Assembly (NCBI RefSeq): GCF_030144855.1
Contig: NC_082708.1
Coordinates: 53,816,001 to 53,880,000, forward strand
Length of the DNA stretch: 64,000 nucleotides
Reading direction: 5' to 3'
From: Hypanus sabinus
Taxonomy: Eukaryota
Numbering within the stretch: the first letter of the stretch is position 1; every line of letters starts with the position of its first letter. The notes below the pieces were generated by a model. It saw only the letters and a program-made list of their open reading frames with translations. It had not been told where the DNA came from and did not search any database. The translations under genes were made by a program, and so were the position numbers. Shown in pieces: positions 11,801 through 26,800 of the stretch.

Positions 11801-14800
11801 AAAGTGAAATCAGATTTCTTCTTAAGTGCCAAGTCTCCATTAAACATAAGCCAAATTGACACTGGTTATGCCCAGATCTGGAAAGAACTACCAAGCAGCT
11901 ATTTAGCTGAGTTCAACCAAGTATCTACCCAAAGATCCCTGACCAATTTTTCTCAGTGTTTAACAAATGGCCACCGAGTACAATTTCAACACTCTTGCTA
12001 ATACTAGAATTTCTGCAAGTTGAGAATACAACTACAGGTCATTTAATTCATCTATTCACTGGACAAGTATTTCGAAGTGTGGTATCTAAACAAATGATTG
12101 TCAACAAACAAAATGAAGCACAAAATGTTATCCATATGGTTGAGAAATGCATTCAATTTTGCCTAGACTTTGTCCATGAAGATCAAAAATTCACGTGTCA
12201 GCAAAATTAATTCTACATAATGCAAATGCCCTATTAGCTTATGGACACTTACACTGTCAATAGTTGTTACGTTAGTTTCAGCTTCAATCAGCACTTTCTT
12301 TAGATATGCTCTACTACGCAGTAAGCAAATTTTACATTCTTCATGTTCATCAGGTGTCATTCCATCACCATTCTCATACTCTTCAGACCTTCTGTGAAAT
12401 ATCTGACAAAAAAGGTAAAATCCAAATTATAGCACTTACAGACATGGAATAAATAAATAAATAGAGATATAGCAGGCACTTACCAAAGCAAGATTCCAAT
12501 GTGCAGCAATGTTATTGATGGACTCAAAAGCAGCAATTGCCTCATCAATTTTTCCATCAACTACATCAAGTGTAGCAAAAGCAATCTCCGCTTCCCTTTC
12601 ATAATCGTTAACTTCATCAACCTAAAATAAGCATAGTCTTAACTGAAGTAGCCATCAGTCACTTTAGTATATAATACTATAGCATATGTAAATTTTTATT
12701 TACTATAATTTCCTTTATGAATGTCTATCATTGTAACTGAAATCTCAGGTTAAATTCTATGAACCCATCATGCTTTGCCAAAAGTATTTTGCAAAACTAA
12801 AGACCAAATACAGCAATTTATTTCAGGGACAAGGCAGCAATATTTAATCCATAGCTAAATCATTGACTAAAAGCAGCTTTCAGAGGAGAAGCGACGGCAA
12901 ATAGGATCCTCATTGTAAGGATTTCAAGAATTCTACTTAAGCAGAATCAGGTAAATGTAAGACTCAACAAATGCATAATTCAAATAATATGGACAAATTT
13001 CAAATTGATGGCTTTAATAGGTTACTTTTAATATAAAGGTGATGCTCATTTGTGGACAATGTAAACTGTATTTCAAAGCACTGATATCATTACATAAGGA
13101 GATAGGAAAAAAACGAGAATGTCAACATGTCCAAACAGTAATAGTGTTGTATACTAGGCAATGTGGGACCTCAGTGATAAACGCATTTCCAAACTTAATC
13201 CAAACCTTTACAGGGTAAGTTACATGGACAAGATTTTTCAAGTACAGAAAGATATTTCAGTTCCAAAAAGAAATAAGACTTTTCATAGTTACCTTAATTT
13301 CCTTGCTATGGAAGTGCATAAACAACGGATCGATAGGCTCATGAATGTTCTTTTTCTTCCTAATGATCTGCAGCAATGGCTGAACTTTCTTCCAATAGAA
13401 GGCACCCCGTCCAATGTAGTCTTTTTGGTCATAATACGAATTTAATCGACTTCCCTATACGGACAATACGAACTATTAGGATCTGCATTTTTTAAAATTA
13501 AAGCCAGGCTAACAAAATTACATGTTAGCATAATTTCAGGCAAATAAAACCTAGGTTTCAGGCAGTCTGATTCAAACAAAAACATTTGTTAAGGGCAATG
13601 GAATAGATAAGACAGCACACAAAGGTTGCGTTTTCAGTTTTTCCCCAATAGTACATCACAATTACAGTCAGATGCACATAATGTTGACAGTGGGAAGTGA
13701 GGAACAGAATAGTATAAAATGCCACATTTCAGAGAAACAATACAATAAAGGGGAAAGAGGGCTGCTAGATAGTACCACCTGAAGAGCTCAGGTTGTCTTC
13801 CTTGGGGTGGGAAGAGTCATTTGTGTCAAAAGGGCAAAAACAATGCTTATAAAAAGGGAAAGCAGCACATACACCTCAGGGACAGGATAAAAATGGAGTG
13901 TATGAGGTGAAATTGTAAAAAATAAAGACCTAGGCAAAGATGGAGATATAATACTTTCATTATGCCTGTGAGGAGCAGTCAATGAGTGTGTGCAGTGGAA
14001 AGCAATCAAACCTTAGTAATAATATTTAAGTACTGATTAAAATTTTGAGGAGATAAGGGTTATTTTCTAGAGCTGGCAACTAATTGAAAAAAAAGATTTG
14101 ATTTGCTTAACAGAATGAGCTAGGAGTAATAAGTGCTTGACAGAACACTAACAATACATAAATGTAAAATTTTGCGCAAGCAAATGTGAATGTTTTGGGT
14201 TTTAAAGCTGCTGAAAGTACTATAAAATGTAATACTACTGATTTAATAAATCAAATGCATACATTAAGTAGCTGATATACCAGTATAATAAAACTGAATT
14301 AACATTTTCTAAAATGCACACCATTCAGGACTTACAATGTTGACCAAGCTTCGTGCCCAGTGTATGATAAGGGCAGGTTGAAGTCCGTGTTTTTCTAATG
14401 CCCTTAGAGTAGCAAGTTCACGCTGGATAATAAGTCTCATCTTAGCTGATGTACCTGGTCTAAAAAAAGAACGATGCTGCAGTAAACTGTCTTAACAAAT
14501 TTTTAATTCAAACAAAAATTACAAAAGCAATAGAATATTTACTGTGCTTTTTTGTAGACAAGGTTGCAAACAGCATCCCACCAGGCTTTTTGTCGCTCTG
14601 TATAGAGTAGCTTACTGATTGAAAGGGGCAAGCACTTTGGTTGGTGTAAACTGTAATGATGAGCTGCTTTATCTTGTAACTGTGTGTGACTTGAAAATAT
14701 CACTCCAAGAAGAAAAACCTGAAAATATTTTATTAAATTAGTATTGTTCACTTTTAACAGCACTTAAAAAAATTAGTATTGCTTTTAATCATACCTCAAG

Positions 14801-17800
14801 ATCTAAAATACAAATAGTCTCAGGAGCATTTGTGTCAAGTCGTGATGTTTCCTGGGGCAACTTAGGAAATAACTGCTTCAGCCAACTCCGGACCACAGGT
14901 AACTGAGCCATTGAAAACTGCTGCAAGCCAAGCCAGACAAGGTGCTGCAAATTTGAACCATGCAGTCTAACACAACCTAAAGAAAGCATAGATTAACAAA
15001 ACTAGTTTTAGCTGAAAGTTTTATCATGTACTCAAGTATAATACAGAATACCCAAATTATGTGCTGATCTAAATTGTAGCCTGATGTAGGATTACTTTTA
15101 CTGAGAGAAAAATACCCCATTCAATTCTGCAATAAAATTTACTTTACACATATGCATGTACCTGCAGCATTCCTTTATCTCGTTATTTCAGAAAGGGGAA
15201 TGAACAGAATGAAAATTCCAATTACAACACTCCATACAACCAATCTATAAAATCAAAACTGCATAGGAAAACAAAAGGATTATGCAGCAATTTAACGTCA
15301 AAGTACTGTAATATTTCAAATCTTAGAAGTTTCTTCTTACCATCATCACATTTTACAAGATAGTTCATGTCTGGTTGGCTTCCTGTAACATCTCGGATGT
15401 CATCACTGGCTAGAAAAGACCTTTCAGAAGTTAGACTTCCAAACAGTGTTTCAATCAATGCGGTTTGGCCACTTTTATTTGCAAAAGTCTTCACCACTTC
15501 TTTGTGATAGTCAGGCTTACCAACCATTAAGTTCAATAACATGTGACCTACAAAAGAGAAGGAGCTGTTTTGTTAGGAAGGAATTCAGTAGAGAAAAATT
15601 TAGTGAATTTATGAATAAATTATACTAGGTTATACCAAAAAAAATCAAGCAAAACACCATTAATGTCAGCTGTGGTTAAGTTCTTAGTACTTTTGCCTGA
15701 TCAACAGCTGCAAGATCAAGATCTCTTCTGAATTGAAAACAAGAACCTATATTCAGCAGAATATTGAGAGTGCTATACTATCATATTTAATATTCAAAAC
15801 AGCCAAAATAGGCTCCAGGAGTTTGGAAAGGAATATGGAAATGGTTTAAAAGCTGCAACAAGAGGAATCAGCAGTGGGAAGTCACAGCTGAGACAGGTAA
15901 TTGTGTATAGGTGACTGTTGGCTAAATTTTAGATTAACCTTCAGCATTTAAATTTCATTCCAGTAAACTGTGTAGAATGTATTGCATACGTTAATCAAAA
16001 TGGCTTCTTTGTGGGTAAAAGTAAACCTACTTCTTTGTTATGTTAACTGGTGAGAGAGTGTTTCTTGCAGAGCATTCTCGAAGCTTCTAGCAGTTTGTTT
16101 AGCTTTAGAATTGCTGACAATGGGGATTGTGTTCCTTTGTTAACCAATGGGGGAATGTTACTTTGTCTTGTGGGTCTGGGAGCTGAGTTTTTCGCAGTCT
16201 TTTCGGGGGAGTCGGGAAGAAGACGCCGAAGAAGGTGGACGTGTGCTGCACTGCTTGGTTGACCACCAGGGTGGTCCCAGATGCGAGGACGTGGAGGTCA
16301 GAAGAAAGCGACGAGGGTCGAATGGTTCGATGGTTGAGCTCCAACGATGTGCACTAAACTGACTGAATTCTGATAAGTTTGGCGCCTTTTACCTTATTTT
16401 CTTTTATTTCACTTTACTTTATTGTCACCAAACAATTGATACTACAGCGTACAATCATCAGTGATATTTGTTTCTGCGCTTTGCGCTCCCTGAAGTGCAA
16501 GTCAAAGTAAATATAATAAAAATTTAAATAATAAATCATAATTAGAAAATAGAAAAGGGAAAGTCAGGTAGTGCAAGTCAGGTCCGGATATTTGGAAGGT
16601 ACGGCTCAGATCCAGTTCAGGATCTGTTCAGCAGTCTTATCACAGTTGGAAAAAAGCTGTTCCCAAATCTGGTTGTACGAATCTTCATGCTCCTGAACCT
16701 TCTCCCGGAGGGAAGAGGGACAAAAAGTGTGTTGGTTGGGTGGGTCTTGTCCTTGATTATCCTGGCAGCACTGCTCCGACAGCATGCGGTGTGAAGTGAG
16801 CCCAAGGATAGAAGATTGGCTTGTGTGATGTGCTGGGCTATGTTCACGATCTTCTGCAGCTTCTTCCGGTCTTGGACAGGACAACTTCCATACCAGGTTG
16901 TGATGCACCCTAGAAGAATGCTTTCTACAGTGCACCTATAAAAATTAGTAAGGGTTTTAGGGGACAGGCCAAATTTCTTCAGCTTTCTCAGGACGTAAAG
17001 GCGCTGGTGGGCCTTCTTGGCAGTGGACTCTGCTTGGTTAGGCCAAGTCAGGTCATTTATGATATTCACCCCGAGGAACTGAAAGCTTTTGACCTGTTCC
17101 ACCTGCACACCACGATGTAGATGGGGTTGTGCGGTCCGCTATTCCTTCTGAAGTCCACAACCAATTCCTTCGTCTTGCTGACATTGAGGGAAAGGTTATT
17201 GTCTTCGCACCATGCCATCAGGTTCTTAATTTCCTCTGTACTCAGACTCATCATTACCCAAGATATGGCCTACTATATACTGTATTGTTAGTACTCATTT
17301 AGTTTTAGTCAAATCTTTAAAGTATATTCCATAACGGTATCCAGTGTGAGTTTGATATTGTGCATACGATGCGGTATTAACTTGATTCCCACAGCACCTA
17401 CGTATACAGGAGGCAGGGTTGGTGAGTGGCTGGATTTCTCACCACCCCCCCCCCCCCCCCGCCAGACATATACCAGCCTGTTGGGCAAGTGTTACAACTG
17501 CAAACATTAAACTACATGGGAAAAGATAAGCAAATAGAAGAGAGGGTGAAATGAAAAGAAAGATAGTTAGAGATGGAAAATTGAGCTGTATAAACATTAT
17601 CATCCAAAACCTCAATTACCACAAAATGCAATCTTCATCTTCACCCTTAGAATGATTTGTGAGCAGACCATAGAGGTGCAGAAAAACTATACCTATGTTT
17701 CATCAACTCTACCAAAATTTTCGATAAGGTGAGACAAAGAGCTTATTAAATATCCTTCAGCATTTGAACATTGATGGGAAAGATATAAAGAGTCATCAGA

Positions 17801-20800
17801 AATTTGTATTGGGAACAAAGAATGGAAATGAGTTGAAAATGAGACAAGTGATTTTGTCCAGATTAAGATGAGTGTCAAGACAGGGCTGTGCTCTCTTGCC
17901 CGACCTATTCAACCTTTATAGCAAGAAGATTTTGAGAAATCAGCAGTATTCTAGGAACAATAATTGGTGGATATAATTTGAACAACATACGATAATGCAG
18001 ACAACAGTACTAATAGCTACTTCTAAAGAGAAGCTCCAAGAAATACTGAAGTGGTCAAAAGTACACAGAGGATTGACCATCAACTGCAAAACCACCAAAT
18101 GTACGGTTGTCACAAAGAAGTAGAGAAATGTGAACTGAAAGCAGGCAACACAGCAATTTAACAAAAAAATGGAAGTTTAATTACTTTGGAATCATGGTAA
18201 CATCTGACAGTAGGGCTGATGTCAAAATTAGAAGGACAAGCAAGATACTAAAGAATAACAATTTCTATAGGTATGAAACACAGAGTGTTGTGGTGCTATG
18301 TTCATTGCACACGAACATATCAAAGCGAATGTTGGACAATATCAACACAAAATGAAGGAAGACTTGAAGCTACAGAAATGTGGCTTTTGAGAAGAATGAT
18401 CAAAAGATTGTAGAAGGACAGAGCAAGAAATGAGGCAGTGTTGTGAAAAGCTGGAATTTCTGGGACATGTGCTGACAAAAGACCTTGAACACCTTGCAGT
18501 GAGTGACGTGAAAAACTGATGGAAGAAAGAGTTGTGGTCAACAATGCATGACATTCATTAGTTACATTAAGGGATGGACAGGCAAAATTTTTCAGGAGCT
18601 TATTGGAACTTCTCAGATTAAAGACCATGATCACCCACATAACACAATGATACAAAACCAGGAAAACATGGAATGGAGGGGATAAATTATGGTTGCCATG
18701 GCCCACACAGAAACTCCAGAATACAAAAAAGGCCTCTAAGAGTTTAAGTAAATAGACACCAATTGAAAAACAGAAGTACACAAATAATTTTTCCAATCAT
18801 ACTTAACCCACAAACAGATGGGCAGTGTTAATTGGATCAGGGAGATGAGTGAGGCTCAAAGATTGGTGCGGGAAAAGTGGGACACAGGCATCAGTACAGG
18901 GAAAGTAGCTGCTTCGTTGGCATGGACTTCATTACAACAATGCTGAAATTGGAATTCAGTCAAATTGAAAAATGTGGAGGCAAATAGTAGAGGATTAGAG
19001 GAATGGGAAACATCAATAGTGAAGAGAAATCTGTAATGCTAAAGATCCCCAACAGGAAAAAAGAACCAGTGGAGGTATGGAATTAATTAACAATATTAAA
19101 ATTGTCAGGAATGGACAGTGTACTAAAAAGTGCATTAACAGGACACCTAGAAAATATTAACAGGATTTGACAATACTAAAAGATTTATTGAAGTGAAACA
19201 AGAAGAAATCTACTGGACCATTGAGGATGTAACTGGTGGAATAGATGAGAACAAGTGGATATAGTGTATTCTGATTTCCCAAAGTATTTTGATGAAGACC
19301 CACCTGAGAGTTTAACGCAGAAGATTAAGTGCATCTCATGGCATGTGCAATACTGTCATGGGTTAAATGGGTTAAGTGCAATACTGTCATGGGTTATAAA
19401 AGGAAACAGGATGAGAATAATTGGAACTTCCTCAGGATGGCAATGTGACGACTAATGGAGTAGTGCATGGCAATTCACAATATGTATTAATGATTTAGTT
19501 AAGGGAACTAAATGCAATACAATGAATTCTGGTTAATTGGGACCAGTATATTTTGGCCCAATTAAACAACTGCACCAATTAGCCAAGTTTCATGGAAATA
19601 GTTAAAAAAAAGTAAATAAAAAGATGAACTATCCTTTAACTGCGCAATAAATTATGTATCTAAACAAAGTATAGAACAAATCATAACTACTGTGACACCA
19701 ACAGGCACTCTCACTGAGCTGCAGAAGTCAGTGGCTGCAACTGGAGGTGAAGTTCATGACTCCATAATCTCCAAGGCCTTGCACTAAAAGGGTATTTATG
19801 GAAGAGTGGCAAGGAAGAAGCCATGGCTGAAAAAATAACTTTTCCCTTAAAGATTTTGCAAAGCATACTATAAAGATGTGGAAGGTCTTGTGCTCAGTTG
19901 GGACTAAAGTACAACTTTGTGGCCTTATCATTAAAGGGTACATGTAGTGTAAAAGCATCAGCCTGGCAATACCACCCATGATGTAAAGTATGGTGGATGT
20001 AGCATCATGCTCTGGGGATGTTTTTCAGCAGCAGGGACTTGAAAGCTGGTCAGAGTTGATGAAAAGATGAATGCTGCTAAACTCCTGCTAGCTTCTGCGA
20101 TAAAGCTTAAACCTGTGGGGGGATGAGTTCATCTTTCAGCAGGACAATGACCCAAAGCATACTGCCAGAGCAACTGTAGATTGGCTTTAAATGAAGAAAA
20201 TTGATGTTCTTGAGTGGCCCAATCAGAATCCTAACCTTAACATGATCAAATTCTCTGGCAAGACCTCAAAACTGCTGTCCCCTACCTCTCCCCAACTAAC
20301 CTGGCACAGCTTGAACAATTCTGCAATGGGAAAACCTTGCTCCATCACATTGTGCAAAGCTAATAGAGACTTATCTGAAAAGATGACTGGCTGTCATAGC
20401 TGTAAGAGGTAGTTCAATGAAGTACTGAGCAAATGGGGGGGGGGGGGAGGGAAGAGAGCGATTTTAGATTTTGAATATTTATTCTTTCATGCTTTACAAT
20501 TTTCCCTCTTTTCACTGCTGAGAAAAAAAGGAGCATGTGGTTCACAAAAGAGTAACAATTCTCAGTTGATCAGAATCTCTAGTTGTGATACTCATTTATG
20601 TGAACAAAGTGTTGGGGGCTGAATACCTTTACAAGGCACTGTAGATAATCAGCCAGACATTTTGAATGAGCAACAGGCCTACTCCAATTTTCTGCTTCTC
20701 TATTGGTGTTTTACTGAAACTCTTTTCCAAAGGGATTATGAAAACACCATGAGATTATTATGAACAAGAATAAAGGAATTAACCTTTGTTCCAGTTGATA

Positions 20801-23800
20801 ATAAACCAATAAACAGTAATGTATTAAATTATCTGGTTATTATAGTTTTCTGTACACAAATTAGCAACCCCATTTCCAGGACCAAAAGTTACTACATTTC
20901 ATAAAGTATATCAATACCTGCAAACACATTTGGGATGGTTAAAAAGATCATGAATGGTACTCTTTGAAACTGTTTTTTTGAAGTAGATTACCTGATTGAC
21001 TTTGTCTGTCTGATGCTAACCAGCTCAGCAATTCCTTGTTTGTCTCTTGTGCCTTCATAGATTTTATTTTGGGTCTAGGAACCTGCATTTACATATAGAT
21101 ACTTGTATTACAGCAATACTACTATAAAGAAAATCAGTAACAAAATCCCTTCCCCAAAAGGCAATGGTTCAAGATTTTCTAAACATTGAAGAAACATACC
21201 TGATAGGCAATCAGATAACACAATGCAGCAAGATCTACAACTGCTTTCCACTTGATCTCATTCTGCTGAGCCATCTTTACAAGTAGTGATCCAGTATGCA
21301 AATACAGGTGTCCTCTTATTTCAATGAAAGCAGCAGAAAGATCATCCATAGTTGTGGTAATATACGATTTTGTGACATGCATTGTATGATCAAAACTAAA
21401 AAATACACAAAGCATAGAATTGGTATGTTTTCCCCATGGCTGATATATGAACAATTAGCATCTACAACTGAGATAAGTTCTATTTCTTAACTCAATGAAC
21501 TGTTTGGACCTGAACTCCAAGTGAAGAAATCCAAGCACACCTCACCAAATTGTCTCATCTCATTCAGATCAGATGAAACAAGTTAATTTTAACCATCTAC
21601 ATTAGGATTCCCCAAGTATCAAATGAATGCACTTAAGTCCTTTCTCACTAGTTTAAAAAAGTTGTACAATTTGCAGTTTATTAACAATATAATCATGTAG
21701 CATTGTTAACTTAACAAAAGTTTGAAGTATTTTAAAATAGCATTAGATGGTTATGAGATTATTGGAAATCACAGAAAGATCAAAATTAGCTACAATTAAT
21801 TTGTTATTTTAAAATAATCAAGAAAACTACCACACTCATTCATGTTTTTCGCTGCTTCTTTCCAGCATCTTCAAATTTCTAATTAATTCCACTCAGAAAT
21901 AACTCGTCATTTTTCTACTTTAAATTATAAAATTTAAGTCTTTCTTCATTAAAGCATTGTCAGTATGAGCAAGATCCAAGGTTCAATTCCTAGTTTAAGA
22001 GGATTCTTTGAAATGCAATAACAGATCCCAGGTCAGTCCCTTAAAATGCTCAGTCTTAACTTTAATGAATAATTTGTTCTGTTCAGTCAGAAGTTAAATG
22101 ACATATAATGGCCTTTGTGCTATATGTCCCTAATATAGTACTAATCTCTCATCAAATAAATCTCCAGCACAAATTAAATGTTACTGGAAAATAAACTAAG
22201 ATTACCTCATTAAAGCATCTATAGCATCTTGGACATCTCTGTTTGATAATGTCAAAAACATAAGATTAGAGGAAGCTAAAAGTAACTCCCTCTGCATTGA
22301 TCGCGATCTACTTTTATCAGTTCCCAAGACATCTGATGAATCAAGACAGCGCTGCAGAATAAAAGAACAAATGATTTAGACAATTAGAAAAGTTAAAGCA
22401 CTAGAACATTATGTTGAATTGAATATCAAAATTCACATTGAACGGAGAGAAAAAAAATCCCTGCTTTTCCACAGAATTCGAGTTTTGTATTCACTAATGA
22501 AAAACAGTATAGATGCCTACCTCAAACAATTTACACTTGAGAACTACCCACATTTTTTAAGCAAGAATGAGAAAAGATTTCCAAAACACCAACTGTTTAT
22601 TCATTTCCATAGATGCTGCCTGCCCCAGAGTTCCTCCAGCATTTTGTGTGTATATCTAACTGAAGTCAAGTTCATCAGCTAGAAAATACTGACATAGCTG
22701 ATCTGCTAAAAAAAGAGTACAACTGTTGCAAATAAAATAACACTGACATATACCTTTAATGTCTGTACTAGACAGGCATTCCATTCCAGACTTCTGGAGA
22801 GAGCTCTTCTCTTCTCTGTGTTCATGCAGAAATTCACTGCTTCTTCAAGTTTTCCAAATTGACAGTAGAATTCCACTAAGCGTATATTAGCATGTGGATC
22901 ATCTGGTCTGGATTGCAGTTCAGACTGAATAAGATCAAACAGCTGAGAATGGTCCAACTGTCCCTTTGAGCTCAGTAGCTTTTCCTTCAGAAATAAAAAA
23001 AGCAATAGTGTAAAATGAAGCTCCAAGATGCTGCAGATGACAAAATCTGGAGCAAATAAAACTGTCAGTAGAACTCAGCAGGACAAGGAGTATCTGTAGA
23101 GGGAAGGAATTGATGTTTTGGGTGAAGACACTGTCAAGACCTTGAGTTCTTCCAGCAGTTGTTTTAAACTAGAAATATGATTGCACAATAACAAAAACAA
23201 AAAATATCTTAAACCCAGAATCTTCAAGTACGGAGAGTTACATGTAGGTATTTCTAATATCAGGGCCACTATTTTCTGAGAACTTGGAAGTGATTTTAAA
23301 AATATTTAAATTGGCTGCATATTGTGCCATTAATACTTTTATATAAGGGAAACTACTGTCAAACAAGTTGATTGAATGTATTGCTGTAAAGAATTTAGAC
23401 TGTTGCAAGTTTGCCATTAAATGTTTCTTTTCTCTTTTCGTAGATTTTGTTTCGTAAACAGAAAACAAATTCTTTGCTGCAAGTTTATCCATCTAACTCA
23501 GCATTGTCCATAATTCACTTTAAATAGCACAAAAGCTTATATGAAATTAATCAGCAAATATCAGCAGAATGAAAAAAAATCAGAAAAATTATAGATCAGT
23601 GCTCTTGAATTTTGATTCACTTTCATTATTTCTAGCACTATGCGTACCTTCAGTTTATAAACAATCCTATTACCAGGAAAATGCTTGGCTGCCCTCTCCA
23701 ACCAGTATTCAGCTCTTCCGTCAATAAGGTTTCCATTATTACAGAGCAAATCAGCCACTTTCAGGATAATATCCTTCTGCACTGGATTCAGTTCAATAAC

Positions 23801-26800
23801 TCGCTAGTAAAAATTAAGAAAGAATTTAAAGAAAATTAAAACAACTTGCATATACTTTATAAATAAAGTGTTGGAAAAAACATAAGTATCTGAAAGGAAG
23901 GGTGCAAATACCCAAGATCAAATAAATAAGCCTTGCAACAGGCTTACAAAGAGGGAAACGTAGAACTTTAGGACAAGTTAACCTTTTATCCATCATTTTG
24001 CACAAGAGAACACCAATATTTTAATATCTTAAGTTGCAACTCTGAAGAGATAAGAAATAGCAGTCATAACTGCTAGCTCAGAATAATATACTGTCAGGAT
24101 TAAGAAAAATGAAATGCAAGACAGACAACCAAACACTAATGCAGAGTTGGTTTAAAGAGCAACCTCTTATTATTTTGCTTCTTAATTTTTCTGAACTATC
24201 CCCAATTCATTATCAATTTATTTAGGATATTTAGAGAGTCAGCTGGACTCCGTAAATTTCATAGAAAGTAATAACGGAGCGTGATCAGAGATAGCTATAA
24301 TATCATAGTTACAACCGATTACCATTGGAATAAAACAAGAGTCTAAATAATCAATTCTTGAATAAGAGTGATGATTAAATTGGATTAAATTGATTTATCA
24401 TACTCCAGTAGCCTCAGTGGTTACCAATAATCAAAGATCTCCCTTTTTTCGCCTATTTCGGGGCACTAGACAGGGATGTCCTCTTAGTCCATTACTATTT
24501 AACATTGCCTTAGAACCTTTGGCAATTGCCATCAGACAATCACAGGATATTTTGGGTATTAATCGTGGGACAGATATTCATAAGTTATCTTTGTATGCAG
24601 ATGATTTATTACTATTCATTTCTAACCCGGAGAAATCCATCCCAGCAGTTTTATCATTATTGGCTCAATTTAGTGAGTTTTCTGGGTATAAGTTAAATCT
24701 TAATAAAAGTGAATTGTTTCCATTAAATAAACGGGTCCCAATTTATGGAAATTTACCTTTTAAATTAGTTAATGACTCTTTTACTTATTTAGGGATCAAA
24801 ATCACAAAGAACCATAAAGATTTGTTTGGATTTAATTTTTTACCCTTAATTGATCAGATTAAAGGTTTGTTTACTAGGTGGTCACCTTTGTCTCTATCTC
24901 TAATAGGCAGGATTAATGCTATTAAGATGGTTATTTTACCTAAGTTTTTATATATTTTTCAAGCGATACCAATTTTTATCCCGAAATCTTTTTTTACTAA
25001 TGTTGACTCTAAAATTTCTTCATATATATGGCAGTATAAAAATCCCAGGTTAGGTAAAACATATTTACAGAAGACTAAAAAGGAAGGCGGGTTAGCATTA
25101 CCTAATTTCAGATTTTACTATTGGGCAGTTAATATTAGATATTTGTTATGTTGGTTGAAAGATGGGGGTGGATCTTTTGGCCCTTGTTGGGTGAGTTTAG
25201 AAACTAAATCGGTATCAGCTTATGCTTTGGGTTCTATTTTAGGGACTTCTCTCCCTTTTGCTCTTTCTAAATTGCCGAAACGAATCGACAACCCGATAGT
25301 TAAACATACATTGCGTATATGGTTTCAATTTCGGAGATTTTTTGGGTTGACTCAATTCGTTTTAAATAGTCCTATTGTATCTAATTGTTTTTTTCACCCT
25401 TCCATTATAGATCAAGCTTATTCAGCTTGGAAAACTAAGGGATTACTAAGATTTTCTGATTTATTTTTAGATAATTGTTTCATGTCTTTTGAACAATTAT
25501 CCAACAGATATAACTTGCCGAGATTTCATTTTTTTAGATATTTACAGATTAGACATTTTTTAAGTTCTGTACTCTCTATGTTTCCAAATTTTGTGCCTTC
25601 AGATACTTTGGAGAGTTTATTTGAATTAGACCCTTTTCAAAAAGGGCTTATTTCAAAACTTTATAATATAATTATGAAGATACGTTCAGAGCCCCTTTAT
25701 AAGACTAAACAGGATTGGGAAAGAGAGCTTAGTTTTAGTATTTCTAGTGAGAATTGGGATAGAATTCTTCAATTAGTTAATACATCATCGTTATGTGCCA
25801 AACATTCACTAATACAATTTAAGGTTGTACATAGGGCCCATATGTCCAAGGATAAATTAGCTCATTTTTACTCTCATATAAGTCCTATTTGTGATAGATG
25901 TCATTCTGAAATTGCGTCTTTAACTCACATGTTTTGGTCGTGTTCATTTTTGGAGAAATATTGGAAAGATATTTTTGATATTATATCTGCGGTTTTGAAT
26001 ATTGATTTACAACCTCATCCTATTACCGCAATTTTTGGTTTACCAATGTTAGATTCACAGCATTTATCTTCTTCAGCCCGTCGAATGATTGCATTTCTAA
26101 CTTTGATGGCTAGAAGATCTATATTGTTGAATTGGAAAGAAATTGATCCTCCCACTGTATTTAATTGGTTCTCTCAAACTATGTTATGTTTAAATTTAGA
26201 AAAAATTAGAAGTGGTACTTTTGAGACCTATTAAATTTGAAAAGTTATGGAGACCATTTATTCAACATTTTCATATGATGTAATATGACCCTTTGCCAAG
26301 TACATTTGATTTCCCAGCTTTTAGCTTATGGATTTTGAGAGGACCGGAAGTGACGGCATTGATGAATACTTATTTTTGTGAGATATTATAAACAGCCCAC
26401 TTTTTTTTTCCCTTCTCTTTTGTTTGTTTTTTTTTTCTTTTATATTACTTATTAGCTATAGTTATTAGATTAGATTAGTTAGTTCTGCATTATATAAATT
26501 TTTTTTTGTTTTTTTTCTTTCTTTTTTCTGTTTTTTTTATATTATACATTATGAAATATTTAGATTTACTATGTCCATACATATATCTTATGGCTTATGT
26601 CTTGGTAAACTCATTTATATTGTAACTATTATGTATGTTTTTTTTTATATGTAATGGAATGTGTATGTTGGTAATTTCTTTATCAATATATCATCTGTAT
26701 TCTGTCCATATTATTAATATTAATAAAAAGATTTAGAAAGAAAAAAAGAAAGAAAGGATATTTAGCACACAAAACTCTCCACCATAAATGATGATGCGAA

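Noticed and set aside
21960-22050. tRNA gene (GGTTCAATTCC B-box-like)
   Set aside because: No cloverleaf; probably a decayed SINE head.
24390-26234. 614-aa ORF as a host gene
   Set aside because: Truncated L1 ORF2 within a TSD-flanked insertion.
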